Positions 14,758 through 26,780 of a stretch of 64,000 bases of DNA are shown piece by piece (position 1 is the stretch's first letter; every line of letters starts with the position of its first letter). A program made the position numbers and the translations under genes. The notes under the pieces were generated by a model. That model had not been told where the DNA came from. It worked only from the letters and a program-made list of their open reading frames with translations, and searched no databases. Location of the stretch: assembly GCA_009914755.4 (NCBI GenBank), contig CP068257.2, positions 37,344,001-37,408,000 on the forward strand. Reading direction: 5' to 3'. Source of the stretch: the human T2T-CHM13v2.0 reference genome, Homo sapiens.

Positions 14758-14915
14758 CTGTAAATCTTCTAGCTAGACGTCCCTTCAATAATCGCATTAT
14801 TCAATGCGAAGAAGAAACCCAAGATGTTCCCCCAATCTGTAAATCTTCTAGCTAGACGTCCCTTCAATAATCGCATTATTCAATGCGAAGAAGAAACCCA
14901 AGGTGTTCCCCCAAA
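14758..14915. repeat. Tandem duplication, 2 copies of about 79 bp, roughly 98% identical
   Basis: ctgtaaatcttctagctagacgtcccttcaataatcgcattattcaatgcgaagaagaaacccaag(a/g)tgttccccca occurs twice head to tail. Confidence 0.9.
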
Positions 14916-17900
14916 TATATAATACAACATTAATGTAGCTGCTGGGAGACATCACCAGAGATTGCATGGAAACTCTACAAAAGCAAAGCAAATCCAAACA
15001 AAAAACCCTCTGCACAAGGCCAAGGAGCTGAAGTAAGTTAAAATGAAACATCAGTAATATTGTTTGGGAAAACAAAGAATCATATAACACATGGCTTCTA
15101 AAAGAAATTTATTGAATGCTTTCAAACAGCTTGAACAACAGAGCTTGGCAGATTAACAGCCGTAAGTGTACCTGCAGGTGTATATCAAGTTCAGACATCT
15201 GATGCCAGGTCCCAGGCCCTGGCAAGGCCAGAAGGCCCAATATTAGACATAATCATTCTCGCTGAATGCCTTTTTCAAAGCCCATGTAATTCATTGCTGG
15301 GGTTGTATTTCATGTTTAGGTTGTCTGGCTTTCTTTGTTCTTAAGAAAACAACCAACCAATACCAGGAGGCCAAACGTTGTTTAGAATCATGAAACCATA
15401 GAATGTTACCACTGGGAGGCATCTTGGAAATTCAGACTCCAATTCTTCTGTTTTTCAGAAAAGCTAACTGGGGCTCAGGGAAAGAAAGCAAGTGGTCTCT
15501 TGGGCCAGAGGAAGGAGGAGTCCAAAAGAGGGAAGGGACAGCCCTTGGTAAAGAACCAGATTCCAGAGGGCACACAAAATACTGCTTCCTGGTTTCACAC
15601 CACCTAGACTTAATGATAACAATGACACCCACTGTGTGATTTTTATTTCCAGTTTATAAAGAGCTCTCAATTGGAATTTCTTTTGACTTTCACAATCTGT
15701 CTCTAAAGGCATGGATGTGACCTGCGTATTTCAGAGTAGGAAACCAAGATGTAGAGAGATTGGACCAAGATTCCAAGGACTGGGGCTTAGAAGTAAGTTA
15801 GCCACATCCTTTTCAGTTTTGAGAGCTGAATGGTCACTAGTATGAATGATGACTGTCCCAGGGAAACCAGAGGGCCAGGTCACCCCACCCGTGCCCCAAG
15901 CCCATGCCAGTCCCATTCAGCCATGTGGCTCCCAATCCCATCCTCTATTGCATTAGGCCTCATATTTTTCGAAGCACTTTTATGGTTCTCTTGTGCCAAG
16001 TAACCCAGTGAGTTGGGCAGGATGGGCATGCTGTGCCATTTACACAAGAAGAAATGGAGTGTTCAAAAGAGGCCATGTAAACCACGAGAACCGTGCAAAG
16101 ACAAGTTTCCTTAATTCAAATGCACATCCAGGGACCTTTAGTCCTGGGTACATCGAGGGTTCCTCAGGCCTGCTGTAGATCCAGACGTCTTAGCAAATCC
16201 AGGGTTCCTTACTCCTGCTCTAGAATTCTCTTTCCCACATACATTTACTCCACCCAGGGAAGAAGAGAGGAAGGAAGTATTTAATAGATTGTAACATATG
16301 AGATCCCCCAAAAAAGTGTTTTTAAGTTAAAGAAATAAATGATGGGGGGAGGGAAGAGGGACCTACCTTCAGTTCAGCCTCCAGGCAAATTTCCAAAAGG
16401 CTGGCATGTTGGAGTCAGCTCTGGAACAGCAGCCCCATCCCACTGAGTCTTGGGGGAGATAAGAAGGGTCTCAAGTCCCAACAGTCACAGAGCACTCAGC
16501 TAGTGGTCTCCTAAAAAGAATAAAGCCTCAGCTTGGTTAGGTTGGCTCTCTGGGCCAAATGACAACCTGAACTGGGGGCCCCAAATCTGGCAGCCCATGG
16601 AAATCACTTGGAAGCAGGGTTATTCCAGATCTGCGGAATCAGAGTCTGCTTTGAACCAGCTCTCCAGGCAATTCCAATGAGCAGGCAGATGGGAAGCAGG
16701 GATTTGAACAAGACTTCATTACTATTACAATTATGTAAAGTAATTTCTAAAATCTCCCTCTTCTTTCACATGAGATAATGAAAGAAACCCGTTTGATACA
16801 TTTTTTTGCATAAACTATATGATTGCTTTTTTTTACAATGTAGTTTTAGGGAATTTAGAGTCAGGCATGGGTTTGGGAAGCAGGACTTGGGTTGAGACTC
16901 TGGCCTTGACCCTAATGAGCAGTGAGACCTCGGGCAAGACATGTGACCTTCCCAAACCTCGGTTTTCTTAACTGTGAAATGGTGGTGATGATTGAATGAG
17001 CAGTGCAGGGCTCATGTGAGAGTCAAATTAAATAGTTTTTATAAACTGCCTTGTGCACTGGGAGCATTTGGAAAATGGAAGCTTTTAGGAACATTGCTGT
17101 GCTGTCTCTATCCTTGGTAATGTGGGCAATTCACAATGTGAAGGGTAATTTTTGCTTCTCTCACTGTATCACCGTGTCAGCAGCCCAGTTTAAGCCAGCA
17201 CAGTAGACCATAGACTCCCTACACTCTACTCCCAGCCCTGCAGTCTAAGACAGCATCTTGCGGGGATGAGTCTAAGGCAACTGCAGGGGCACAGATAAGT
17301 CCTTTTATTGGGCATTTTCCCCAGCTCAGGGTCAGACACGGATGCTCTTGGGTAACAAAGGAGTCCAGTGAAATCCCCTCCCAAGAGTAAAGCAGGAGAA
17401 TTGCCGTGGCAACCCCAACCTGAAAACAACGTAGGCATGCCAATGGTGCAGTGGGGGTTCAAGGGCGTGATTGGGAAAGTGTTATGGAAGTGTCTCAGCT
17501 AGACTTTGATGAACGCATGGGATTCGTGCAGGTAGAGATGGCTGGAAGTGCTCTCCGGGTAAAGGAACCAGCGCAAAGAAGAGCTCAGAGATGGGTTGTG
17601 GTGGGTCTGAGTTAGGGTGGCCATGAGACTTCATCAGACCGGTTGGTGCTGCTCCCACACTTGGGGGAGGGGAAGCATGTTGTCAGCCCTACCCACCCCC
17701 ACACTGCCTCCCCAGCAGATTGGGGCTGCCAGGGAGCTGGGATGGGCCCTTTCCTCATCCGTGCAGGGTGTTTCATTCCACAGGATGTGGCCGACCTGAA
17801 CCAAGGCCACGGCTTCGGCTCTACAATTAAGAAACCACCACAGTTCTGACTCTGCGAACAACAGAGGTGTTTATCCTGAGAGTTATCCAAGTTAAACTGG

Positions 17901-18641
17901 AGGACGCCTGTATGCTAGAAGGTTCTATGGAGGCACTGAAGAGGGGTGAAGCCACCATGATGTAAATTAAAGGTGACATCCTAGTCATGTGGTCTTTCTG
18001 ATGGACAGCACGAGAGCCAGGTCTGGATTGGTTTAAAAAAGTGGAGTTGGTTTCAAGGGCCACAAAGACAGCCTTCATAACTTTAAGACTCATTCCATAT
18101 GGGTTTAATACTTACAGTTCCTGAGAGCTAGGTGCTTTGCTTAGGCACGGAACGCATTGCCTTGCCATCCGAAGCCATGCATTCAAGACCATGAACTGTG
18201 AGTCAAATTAAATGTTGAGTGTTCCTTTTTCTGCAAGAAAATGGATGCCTCAGTTGAAAAGACAGATAAGAAGTGCAGAAAAAGAAAGCAAAGCAATCAG
18301 CGTTTCAAGATAACGATCCCACTCCATGGAATGTGGGCTCCAGGAGGCAGGCATGGGGTCCAGTCTCATTTACCTTTTTGTCACCTGTGTCTGGTAATTG
18401 GAAGTGCTCCATAAACAGTGGTTCAAGGAATGAAGTAAGAGAAACTCCTCTCCAGCTAATGAAAGTGAATGTTTCTATGGGGATGTGGCAGTTATGAGTG
18501 GCAGGGGCACTTGCTTTGTATTTAGGCTTCTGCATTCCCTTTAGCCCTTAAAAGAACATTCTCTAGGTAGAACATTTATCAGGACAGGCCCTGTTTTGAG
18601 AAAAATTGAAATATTGGCACTTTGTATCAAAAGCACAGGAG

Positions 18642-18830
18642 CAAGAACATGCGGTGTTTGGTTTTCTGTACTTGCGATAGTTTGCTCAGAATAATGGCTT
18701 CCAGCTTCATCCATGTCCCTACAAAGGACATGAACTCATCCTTTTTTATCGCTGCACAGTATTCCATGGTATATATGTGCCACATTTTCTTAATCCAATC
18801 TATCATTGATGGACATTTGGGTTGGTTCTA
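18642..18830 (-). mobile_element. L1PA fragment (3' part of ORF2, antisense)
   Basis: gagcaagaacatgcggtgtttggttttctgtacttgcgatagtttgctcagaataatggcttccagcttcatccatgtccctacaaaggacatgaactcatcc...catttgggttggttc is the reverse complement of the L1 region ...gaaccaacccaaatg...aaccaaacaccgcatgttctc. Confidence 0.85.
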
Positions 18831-18899
18831 TTTTTATATTTTATTTAGAATAATGTGTATCTATATTCGTAAATGAGATTTAAAAAAAAAAAGCACAGG

Positions 18900-19062
18900 A
18901 GAGCTACCGTGCCCTCTGGGACAGTTTCACATGGAGGAATTTTGCTTACCTGACCGTCAGCAGGGTTCCCCAACCTGGAGTTCACTTGGAGGTGCTCATT
19001 AGAATGCAGGTTCCTAGGCCTACCAAACCAGATTCCCTGGGACAGGGCCAAAAATCTGCATT
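18900..19062 (-). mobile_element. MER5-like (hAT-Charlie) non-autonomous DNA transposon fragment
   Basis: cacttggaggtgctcattagaatgcaggttcctaggcctaccaaaccagattccctgggacagggccaaaaatctgcatttt resembles the MER5A core (cacctggg(a/g)a(g/c)cttgttagaaatgca(a/g)attc...ccccaccccagac...aatctg). Confidence 0.5.
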
Positions 19063-19074
19063 TTAAAAAATAAT

Positions 19075-19632
19075 TTCAACTTCTATTTTAGATGCAGGGG
19101 GTACACATTCAGGTTTGCTACACAGATATATTGCATGACACTGAGATTTAGGATAGGAATGATCCTGTCACCCAGATAGTGGGCATAGCATCCAACAGTT
19201 AGTTTTTCAACCGTGTCCCCCTCCCTTCCTCTCTCCCTTTGGAGTCCCCAGTTTCTATTGCTGCCATTTTTAGGTCCATGAACACCCACTGTTTAGCTCC
19301 CACTTATAAGTGAGAACATGAGGCATTTGGTTTTCTGTTCCTGCATTTCATTCCCTTAGGATAATGGCCTCCAGCTACATCCATGTTGCTGCAAAGGACA
19401 TGACTTTGTTCTTTTTTAATTGCTGTGTCATATTCCATGATGTGCATGTACCACATTTTCTTTATCCAGTCCACCATGGACAGGCACCTAGGTTGAGTCC
19501 CTGCCTTTGCTATTGTGAATAGTGCTGTGATGAACATATGGGTGTGTGTCTTTTTGGTAGAATAATTTTATTTTGGGTACATACCCAGTCATGGGATTGC
19601 TAGGTCAAATGGTAACTCTGTCTTACGTTCTT
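19075..19632 (-). mobile_element. L1 (L1PA-like) 3' UTR plus ORF2 end, antisense, 5'-truncated
   Basis: cttctattttagatgcagggggtacacattcaggtttgctacacag...cccacttataagtgagaacatgaggcatttggttttctgttcc...tccatgatgtgcatgtaccacattttctttatccagtcc...tacccagtcatgggattgctaggtcaaatgg. Confidence 0.85.
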
Positions 19633-19635
19633 TTT

Positions 19636-19811
19636 AAAAATTTTTTTTATTTTTAATTTTTGTGGGCACATAGTAGGTGTATATATTTATGGGGTACATG
19701 AGATATTTTGGTACCAGCACACAATGAGCAATAATCACATCATGAAAAATGGGGTATCCATCTCCTCAAGCATTTATCCTTTGTGTTACAATCCCATTAG
19801 ACTCTCTTCTC
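19636..19811 (-). mobile_element. Older L1 (L1PB/L1MA-like) 3'-end fragment, antisense
   Basis: ttttttttatttttaatttttgtgggcacatagtaggtgtatatatttatggggtacatgagatattttggtacc...ggggtatccatctcctcaagcatttatcctttgtgttacaatcccattagactc is typical of an old primate L1 3' end in reverse complement. Confidence 0.75.
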
Positions 19812-19856
19812 TTTTTAAAAAATTTGAAATATATTGGAAAACATGGTTTTTGTTTA

Positions 19857-20157
19857 GTTTTTTATTTAACTTTTAAGTTCAGGGGTACATGAGCAGGTTT
19901 GCTACACAGGTAAACTTGTGTCCTGGGGGTTTGTTGTACAGATGATTTCATCACCCAGGTATTAAGCCTAGCATTCATGTCAAGTTATTTGAGTAATCTC
20001 CAAGCTGCTTTCCTCAGTGGCTGAACTAATTTACACTGCCACCAACGGTGTATAAGCCTTCCCCTTTCTCCCCAGCCTCGCCAGCACCTGTTGTTTTAGC
20101 CATGCTGCCTGGTGTGAGATAGTATCTCATTGTGATTTTGATTCACAGGGAATCTGC
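19857..20157 (-). mobile_element. L1 3'-end fragment (antisense) with an internal deletion
   Basis: ttttatttaacttttaagttcaggggtacatgagcaggtttgctacacaggtaaacttgtgtcc...ggctgaactaatttacactgccaccaacggtgtataagcc...ctggtgtgagatagtatctcattgtgattttgattcacag. Confidence 0.8.
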
Positions 20158-22750
20158 ATGTCTGAAAGTTCCTCAGATGAATCGAGTAAATACTAACACT
20201 TGTGAGCTAGCACTGACTTCTTCAAGCAGCATGCCTATCACCTGTGACAGCTCCTTCTGGGGGATGTGGTGCACACAGCACACAGCCACCTCCCCCAGGA
20301 CCACCCTTTGACCTCCTTCAGTGGTGAAACCATCCCAGCTACCAACAAGTGCAGAGGCAGCAAAACCAAAGTAAACCAGGAAGAGAAGTAGGCAAGACCA
20401 TATATGTGACTAATAACAAAGTTTCTTGCAAAATAAAAAAGCCCTGTTATTTATGTCTGCAGTGACACCCTGACCACGCAGTCAGTGAGTGAGCAGGTTT
20501 ACAAGTTCTTGAAATGAATGTAAGCAGCACTATGGTATAATTATCTTTCCAAACTGCATTTCACAACCAGAAGACTGGCCTCCACTGGGGCCATTCCCCA
20601 GGCACCATCTACCCACACCTGGGAGCAGCCCCCAGTGGGCTTCAGATAATCCGCCCGCCAACCTTTACAATCAGCTCTTCATTCTTTCCTGTGTTCCCTC
20701 ACACCACATTCCTTCAGCTGATTGTGGTATGTCTCCTTACCCTTGGCAATTAGCCCTTATAAAGAAAAAAGTTTCACCTCCTGCAAGAAGCCTTCCTAGA
20801 TTACAAGAGAGCTGGTTCCTCCCACCTCCTCACCCCAACATCCCCAGTGAACATTTGCAGATCCCTGAGTTACTGAAGCCGTGCGGGAAGAATAGAAAAA
20901 CAAAGGAGAATCTAGAAGCAAATGCCAATTTTTTTTCTCTGTTTCCTGGTGGGCTTCAGCAGACGTAGGCTGAAAATGCATAGGCAAGGTGACCTGTGGG
21001 CTTTTCCTGCTGGATTAGACAAGCACATCCCAGGGTCAGCCTATGGGACATGGACGCAACTTGGTGCAGGGAACCATACTGAGTGCAGGATGCGGACGGG
21101 AAAGGATACTCAGGCCTTGTCCAAGGGCTCGGAGGGGTGCCTCTACCCATTGTCCATGTGTCTGGGCACCTGGGTGATGGAAGATGCCCCATTCGGTCGG
21201 GGGACAGGGCTGCCTGCACTGAGCCCCCAGGAGGCTGAAGAAAGCGTTTCCCCACCCCACCCCAGGCTCTGTTTGTGGATGTGGCCAGGTGACCTCAGAG
21301 AGCCGGCTGATCTGGGTGGGTGCAAGGGGTGGTTTTATAAGTTCAGGGTTCTTGCCTCTCTCCCCTCCCCATGGTGCCACTCTGCGGGGAATTTATTGGC
21401 ATTTTGGCAAATCTCAACTTGGTTCACTGCTACCTCTTCTTCCTAAAGACTTTCCAGGACTTCTTGGAGTGTGGGGGTGTTTTCAGAAGGAATCTGAGAG
21501 CACCTCCCCACCTCCCACACACATACACTCAGCCTGCAACGGTCTCTGTCATGCCAGGTTAGAGGAACCAGGCAGGCTGAGTGACCCGGGCATGTCTCCT
21601 TGTTTTCAGGAAAACCGCACAACTCGACAGAGAGGCATTGAAGCCACTCTTTCATGAATGAGTCAGGATGACAGGTGGAGAAGGATGTCCCCAGACCCCA
21701 GGGTCCCAAGCCCTTCACAGGAGAGGTGGGAGCATCCACCAGCCCTCCCTTAAGATAAGGCCACCTGCCACTGTGGTTTGGCTTATACCACAATATAAAG
21801 TCTAAAACAGCAACTTCTCTGTGAGAAAGCCAACCAGGGGACCCAAGGCACACAAGGCAGGGGGAAGGTACCTAGAATGGACCCGCAGGCCCCCGGCTGC
21901 CTTGTGGCTCCAGAGCCCCTGAGGACAGCAGCCCGGGGATGGACTTCGGCGCACTGTCATCCTGTGACTCCCACGCTTTCCCATGGGTGCGTTCTGGACC
22001 TTGATCACAGGCTTCCTCTGTTTCCCCAGCTGTCAGCAAGAACACAGAGTGGGTGATTCTTGTCTGGACCAAGGTATGCACAAAGGCGATTACTATGGCC
22101 TCCGAGATTTGCCTACAGCTTGAACCTGCCTCGCCTAAAAGGGCACCGGTTATGGAAGTCACCCTGTGTACCTGCCAAGCCCCAGCCCCAGTCAAAAGTG
22201 CTAAGCAACCCTGGGACAAAGCCAACTCCATCTCTCCTTTCAATGCACGCCAGCCACAGTGAATCCCTCAGCCCAATGGTGTCTTCGGGAGCCCCTCTCC
22301 ATGCCCCGTTCTTCCAGCAGCTCCCTGTTGAGGAACCAAGTGTGCCCAGCCAATTTCCCCCAGCACCCACTCCCTAACAAGCACTACTCAGGCTGTCATG
22401 GTTGGAACATCAAAGAGTCACCTCCCTTTGGAACTTTTTCACTAGCATCATTATAAAACACAGATCAATGTTCAAGAAATCCTCCAACCATGAGGAAATG
22501 AAGGAATTGGGGTTCAGTGGCCAGCAATTGCCCTTCCCCCAATCCCTGAACACAGTTAAAACTTAATCAAGTGAAATGCTCAAAAATGAGGAGTATAAGC
22601 TCATTTTCCCATCTGGTTCAAGGAAGCCATTGCAATCTCTGCACATCAGTGGCGAAAATCACAGTCTATCTTCTTGCCTTAGCAAGGGCAGTAGAGTCTA
22701 TATAATTTTATCTTGCTTGTTTGAATGCGGGAGTCTGTACCTGGGGGTCA

Positions 22751-22895
22751 TTTTTTTTTTTTTCTTTTGAGACAGGGTCTCGCTCTGTCGCCAGGCTGGA
22801 GTGCAGCGGCGTGATCTCAGCTCACTGCAAGCCCGCCTCCTGGGTTCAAGCGATTCTCCTGCCTCAGCCTCCTGAGTAGCTGGGATTACAGGTGT
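22751..22895 (-). mobile_element. Alu right-arm fragment (antisense), with approximate TSD cctgggg(g/a)tca
   Basis: Poly-T then gagacagggtctcgctctgtcgccaggctggagtgcagcggcgtgatctcagctcactgcaagcccgcctcctgggttcaagcgattctcctgcctcagcctcctgagtagctgggattacaggtg. It is flanked by ctgggggtca and ctggggatca. Confidence 0.9.
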
Positions 22896-23239
22896 CTGCC
22901 TGGGGATCACATTTCTATGGCAATTCCACAAGACCCCGAGATGGTGCTACAGTTGGCTGCTCCCTGGCGTTCATTGGAATGCGGCTGCATTTTCTAAATT
23001 CCTTTGTCCTCTTGTCTGACTCTCCTTTGCTTCTTTCTCCACAAAATTATTTGGCCAAAAAAAAAAAAAAAAGTTGAGTTAACTGGGGACTCTGGTTAGC
23101 TGTTCTGTAGTTGATGCAGGTATAATTATACAATACACGTGAACATTGGTCTAGAGCAGCGCCATCCGTTCATGACGTGCCCTATCCGTGCTATGCAAAT
23201 GGTAGCCGCTCACGACAATGGCAATGGAGGAATTGGATT

Positions 23240-23573
<334 letters not shown>

Positions 23574-23924
23574 AACTTTAATAATTTTAAATCTAAATAG
23601 CCACATGTGCTTTGTGGCTAGCTTCCTGGATGGGGCGGGAAGGACATTGATAGGCAGCTCACGGGAGCACTGGGCAGGAGGCCGTCTGGATTCAAATACA
23701 ACAGCCCTGTGCTGTCCACGTGTGGTTGTGGGAATTCACTGAGACGACTTAGCAGGAGCCCCACACTCAGTTTCGGGCACAGTGTAGATTCTCAGGAAAG
23801 CAAGGCCGTGTTGTTCTGATGGAACCCAAGGTTTGGGGTCTAGATTAGGCCAGCTTCAGCTTCTCCATCCCCCTGGTTTCTACACTCCTTCAGGCTCTTC
23901 CTAAGTCAGGCACTGTAGCAGGCT

Positions 23925-24900
23925 GGCTTGTGTCCTCAAAAAGGATATGTTTAAGTCCTAACCCCTAGTACCCGTGAATATGACCTTGTTTTGAAATAGG
24001 GTCTTTGCAGATGTGATCAGTTTAAAGGTCTTGAGATGAAATCATCCTGGATTGAGGGTGGGCCCTCCATCCAAAGACTGGGTGCTCTTATTTTAAGTTC
24101 AAAAGTACAACCGCAGGTTTGTTATATAGGCACACTTGTGTCATGGGGGTTTGTCGTACAGATGATTTCATCACCCAGGTATTAAGCCTAAAACCCATTA
24201 GTTGTTTTTCCTGATCCTCTTTTTCCTCCCACCCTCCAAAAGGCCCCAGTGTGTGTTGTTCCCTTCCGTGTGTCCATGCGTTCTCATTATTTAGCTCCCA
24301 CTTATAAGTGAGAACATGTGGTATTCGGTTTTCTGTTTCTGTGCTAGCGTGCGAAGGATAATGGCCTCCAGCTCCATCCACGTCCCTGAAAAAGACACGA
24401 TCTCGTTCTTTTTTATGGCTGCGTAGTATTCCATGGTGTGTATACACCACATCTTCTTTATCCAGTCTACCATTGGTGGGCACTTAGGTTGATTCTGTCT
24501 TTGCTATTGTGAGTGCTGCTGCAATGAACATTCCCTTACATGTGTCTTTATAATAGAATGATTTATATTCCTTTGGGGATGTACCCAGCAATGGGATTGC
24601 TCAGTTGAACGATATTTCTGTCTTTAGGTCTTTGAGGTATCGCCACACTGTCTTCCACAATGGCTGAACTAATTTATACTCCCACCAACAGTGTAAAAGT
24701 GTTTGAAAGGGGTTACATTCCTTAGCCCCATCATGAGGACCTGGTTCAGTGAGCAGAGTTGAGGGAAGGTAAAACAGGACCTAGAAATGGCCACAGCTAG
24801 AGCGCCACCCGAGCTGCCAGGACCAGGCTGGACTCTGCACACGAGGTTGTCCGGGGCAGGGCAGGGCCAGGGCATGCCTGGAGCTGCCACCACTGTAGCA
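23925..24900 (+). mobile_element. MaLR LTR (MLT1-like), interrupted by an L1 fragment at 24091-24705. The extent of the 3' part is uncertain.
   Basis: 5' part: tgtcctcaaaaaggatatgtttaagtcctaacccctagtacccgtgaatatgaccttgttttgaaatagggtctttgcagatgtgatcagtttaaaggtcttgagatgaaatcatcctggattgagggtgggccc. After the L1, tgaaaggggttacattcc resembles the cttataaaaaggggaaacctag segment seen in the copy at 3462. Confidence 0.45.
24091..24705 (-). mobile_element. L1 (L1PA-like) 3' UTR plus ORF2 end, antisense, 5'-truncated
   Basis: ttttaagttcaaaagtacaaccgcaggtttgttatataggcacacttgtgtcatggg...cccacttataagtgagaacatgtggtattcggttttctg...ctgaactaatttatactcccaccaacagtgtaaaagtgtt. Confidence 0.9.
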
Positions 24901-24911
24901 CAGAACACGGG

Positions 24912-25131
24912 GTCTTAACCTGGGTGAGGAGTCAGGAGGTCTGTGAACTTAGATAGGAAAGAAATTCCATTTTTATTTTCCCTGACTTCTAACTACATGT
25001 TGGCCTTTTCTTCCTCGCAAAGTCTTAACCTGGGTGAGGAGTCAGGAGGTGTGTGAACTTAGATAGGAAAGAAATTCCATTTTTATTTTCCCTGACTTCT
25101 AACTACATGTTGGCCTTTTCTTCCATTAGGA
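24912..25131. repeat. Tandem duplication, 2 copies of about 110 bp, roughly 98% identical
   Basis: gtcttaacctgggtgaggagtcaggaggt(c/g)tgtgaacttagataggaaagaaattccatttttattttccctgacttctaactacatgttggccttttcttcc occurs twice in tandem. Confidence 0.9.
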
Positions 25132-25899
25132 ACACAGGCAATGAAGCACACTGTGGGGGACACACCTGTGATTGTCGAAATCACGGATATTTTCATACTG
25201 CATTGCAGCTGTTGCCAGTATCATCAGTGACTTTCATCCTTCTCTCTGCTTTGTAATTATGGTGGTTATAAGGCGGACAACTCAATCTTGTCTTAAGCTA
25301 TTAATAAAAAACATGTGCACTATCATATCACAGTTGGGAGGGCGGGGTGGGGATTGTTACATTTTGTTACATTTTGTTAGCTGTATTTCAACATACTGGT
25401 TTCCTTGGGAAGCCCATGTACTTTTTTTCATGCATTTGAAGTCTGAATTCTGAGAAAGGGTCCATAGGCTTCCCTAGGCTGCCGCAGGGGTTCATGACAC
25501 AGAACAGGGTAAGAGCCACTGGCATGGACACTAGAAACCTACACCAATGCTGTTGTATCACTTTTCAGACAAGCTCTGTGCAGTCGGAATTTTTTAAAGA
25601 TGCACTGTCACTTGAGGAAGACAGGTGATCTTCCTGCGGCACAAATAGAAGCAAAGAGATTTCTCTTCTTCTCTGTAGAGCAACACAATTGATAAATGGC
25701 CGATAATCTCCACCAAATTGGCAGCAGTAGGCTGCCCGAAGGCAGCAGGCATATTCGTCTTTGTGAATTGTTTTACTATGATGCTGTCACATTTCCAGGA
25801 ATAAGACGGTTAAAATGATATATTGTTGTGGTTTGGCATTTGCAGCTTTGCTCTGACTTCCCTGGTAACTGCCAACATCTGCAAATTATTATGTGCTTA

Positions 25900-26780
25900 A
25901 AAAAAAAATCAACCGCCACCGCAGGCTGCCCCCACGGTCCCTGGCTGGGCCAGGCCTCCTGCCAGGCCACAGGGCAGAGTTCTTGGACCAGGAGGCAGCA
26001 GGGTCAAAACCCAGGTTGCCTAGGAAGCCCCCAAAGACAGTTATGGATAGAGCTGGGAGCCCGAAACACATGCGGCAGTCTCTCAGTTTCCAGGTACCGG
26101 TTCTCACATCATCCATGCATGTGTTTGAGGAAAAACAAAAAAAAATTGATGGTTGCCAAAAACAAAAATGCTTCCATATCAAAGTTTATCAGTGTCAATG
26201 TCAAGAGACTTCTGGTTCGTAGACTCATTTTGGCTTGAGGCCACCAGAAGTGAACTCTGGTTTCTAAATGCAGAAGCAGAGGCACTGGCCGATCATGGAA
26301 GATGCAGGGAACTGTTCAAGAGGCCCAAGCCTGGTGCTCAGAAACTTGGCAGGATCAAGCATCTCGCCCAGGAATTCATCCCCTGCTTGTCTAAGCCGGC
26401 TGGCTCTCGTGACTGACTCGGAACAACAGAGCAGATGTTTGCGTGGGAGGCAAGCCTCACCCAACATCTGTCCTGCGGCGGGAAGGCCTGGGTGTTCACA
26501 GATAGAGCTGGAGTTCCCCGGTGGGTGGCACAGACAATTAGCTGGGGCTGCCTCACATGTAATCTAATTACAGGGGAAACAGGCTCAAACACCGGGTGAT
26601 AAGCAGCGCAACTGTTTCGGGTGACTCTGTAATTTTTCCTCCATTAATTTTCTCCATAACGCACATGATTGTCATAAGGGTTAATTAAAAAGAGCGTGAG
26701 TGGCCTCATGTCACATGTAGCTGGACCAGAAAGTGTTGAGTACCTGCTCATGCGTGCAAGAGGAGGAGGGAGGAGCACAT
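25900..26780. promoter_or_regulatory. CpG-retaining, non-repetitive block with TAAT/homeodomain-type motifs; candidate conserved regulatory element (enhancer)
   Basis: For example, 26380-26660 has about 11 CpG in 290 bp at about 52% GC (o/e about 0.55, against a usual human bulk of about 0.2). Motifs include aatctaattacagg, ccattaatttt, cacatgattgtcataagggttaattaaaaag. It matches no repeat family I recognise. Confidence 0.3.

Noticed and set aside
20922-21446. 174-aa ORF with several overlapping antisense ORFs (99, 114, 60 aa)
   Set aside because: It is moderately GC-rich DNA with mutually overlapping ORFs on both strands, and it shows no recognisable protein features or exon boundaries.
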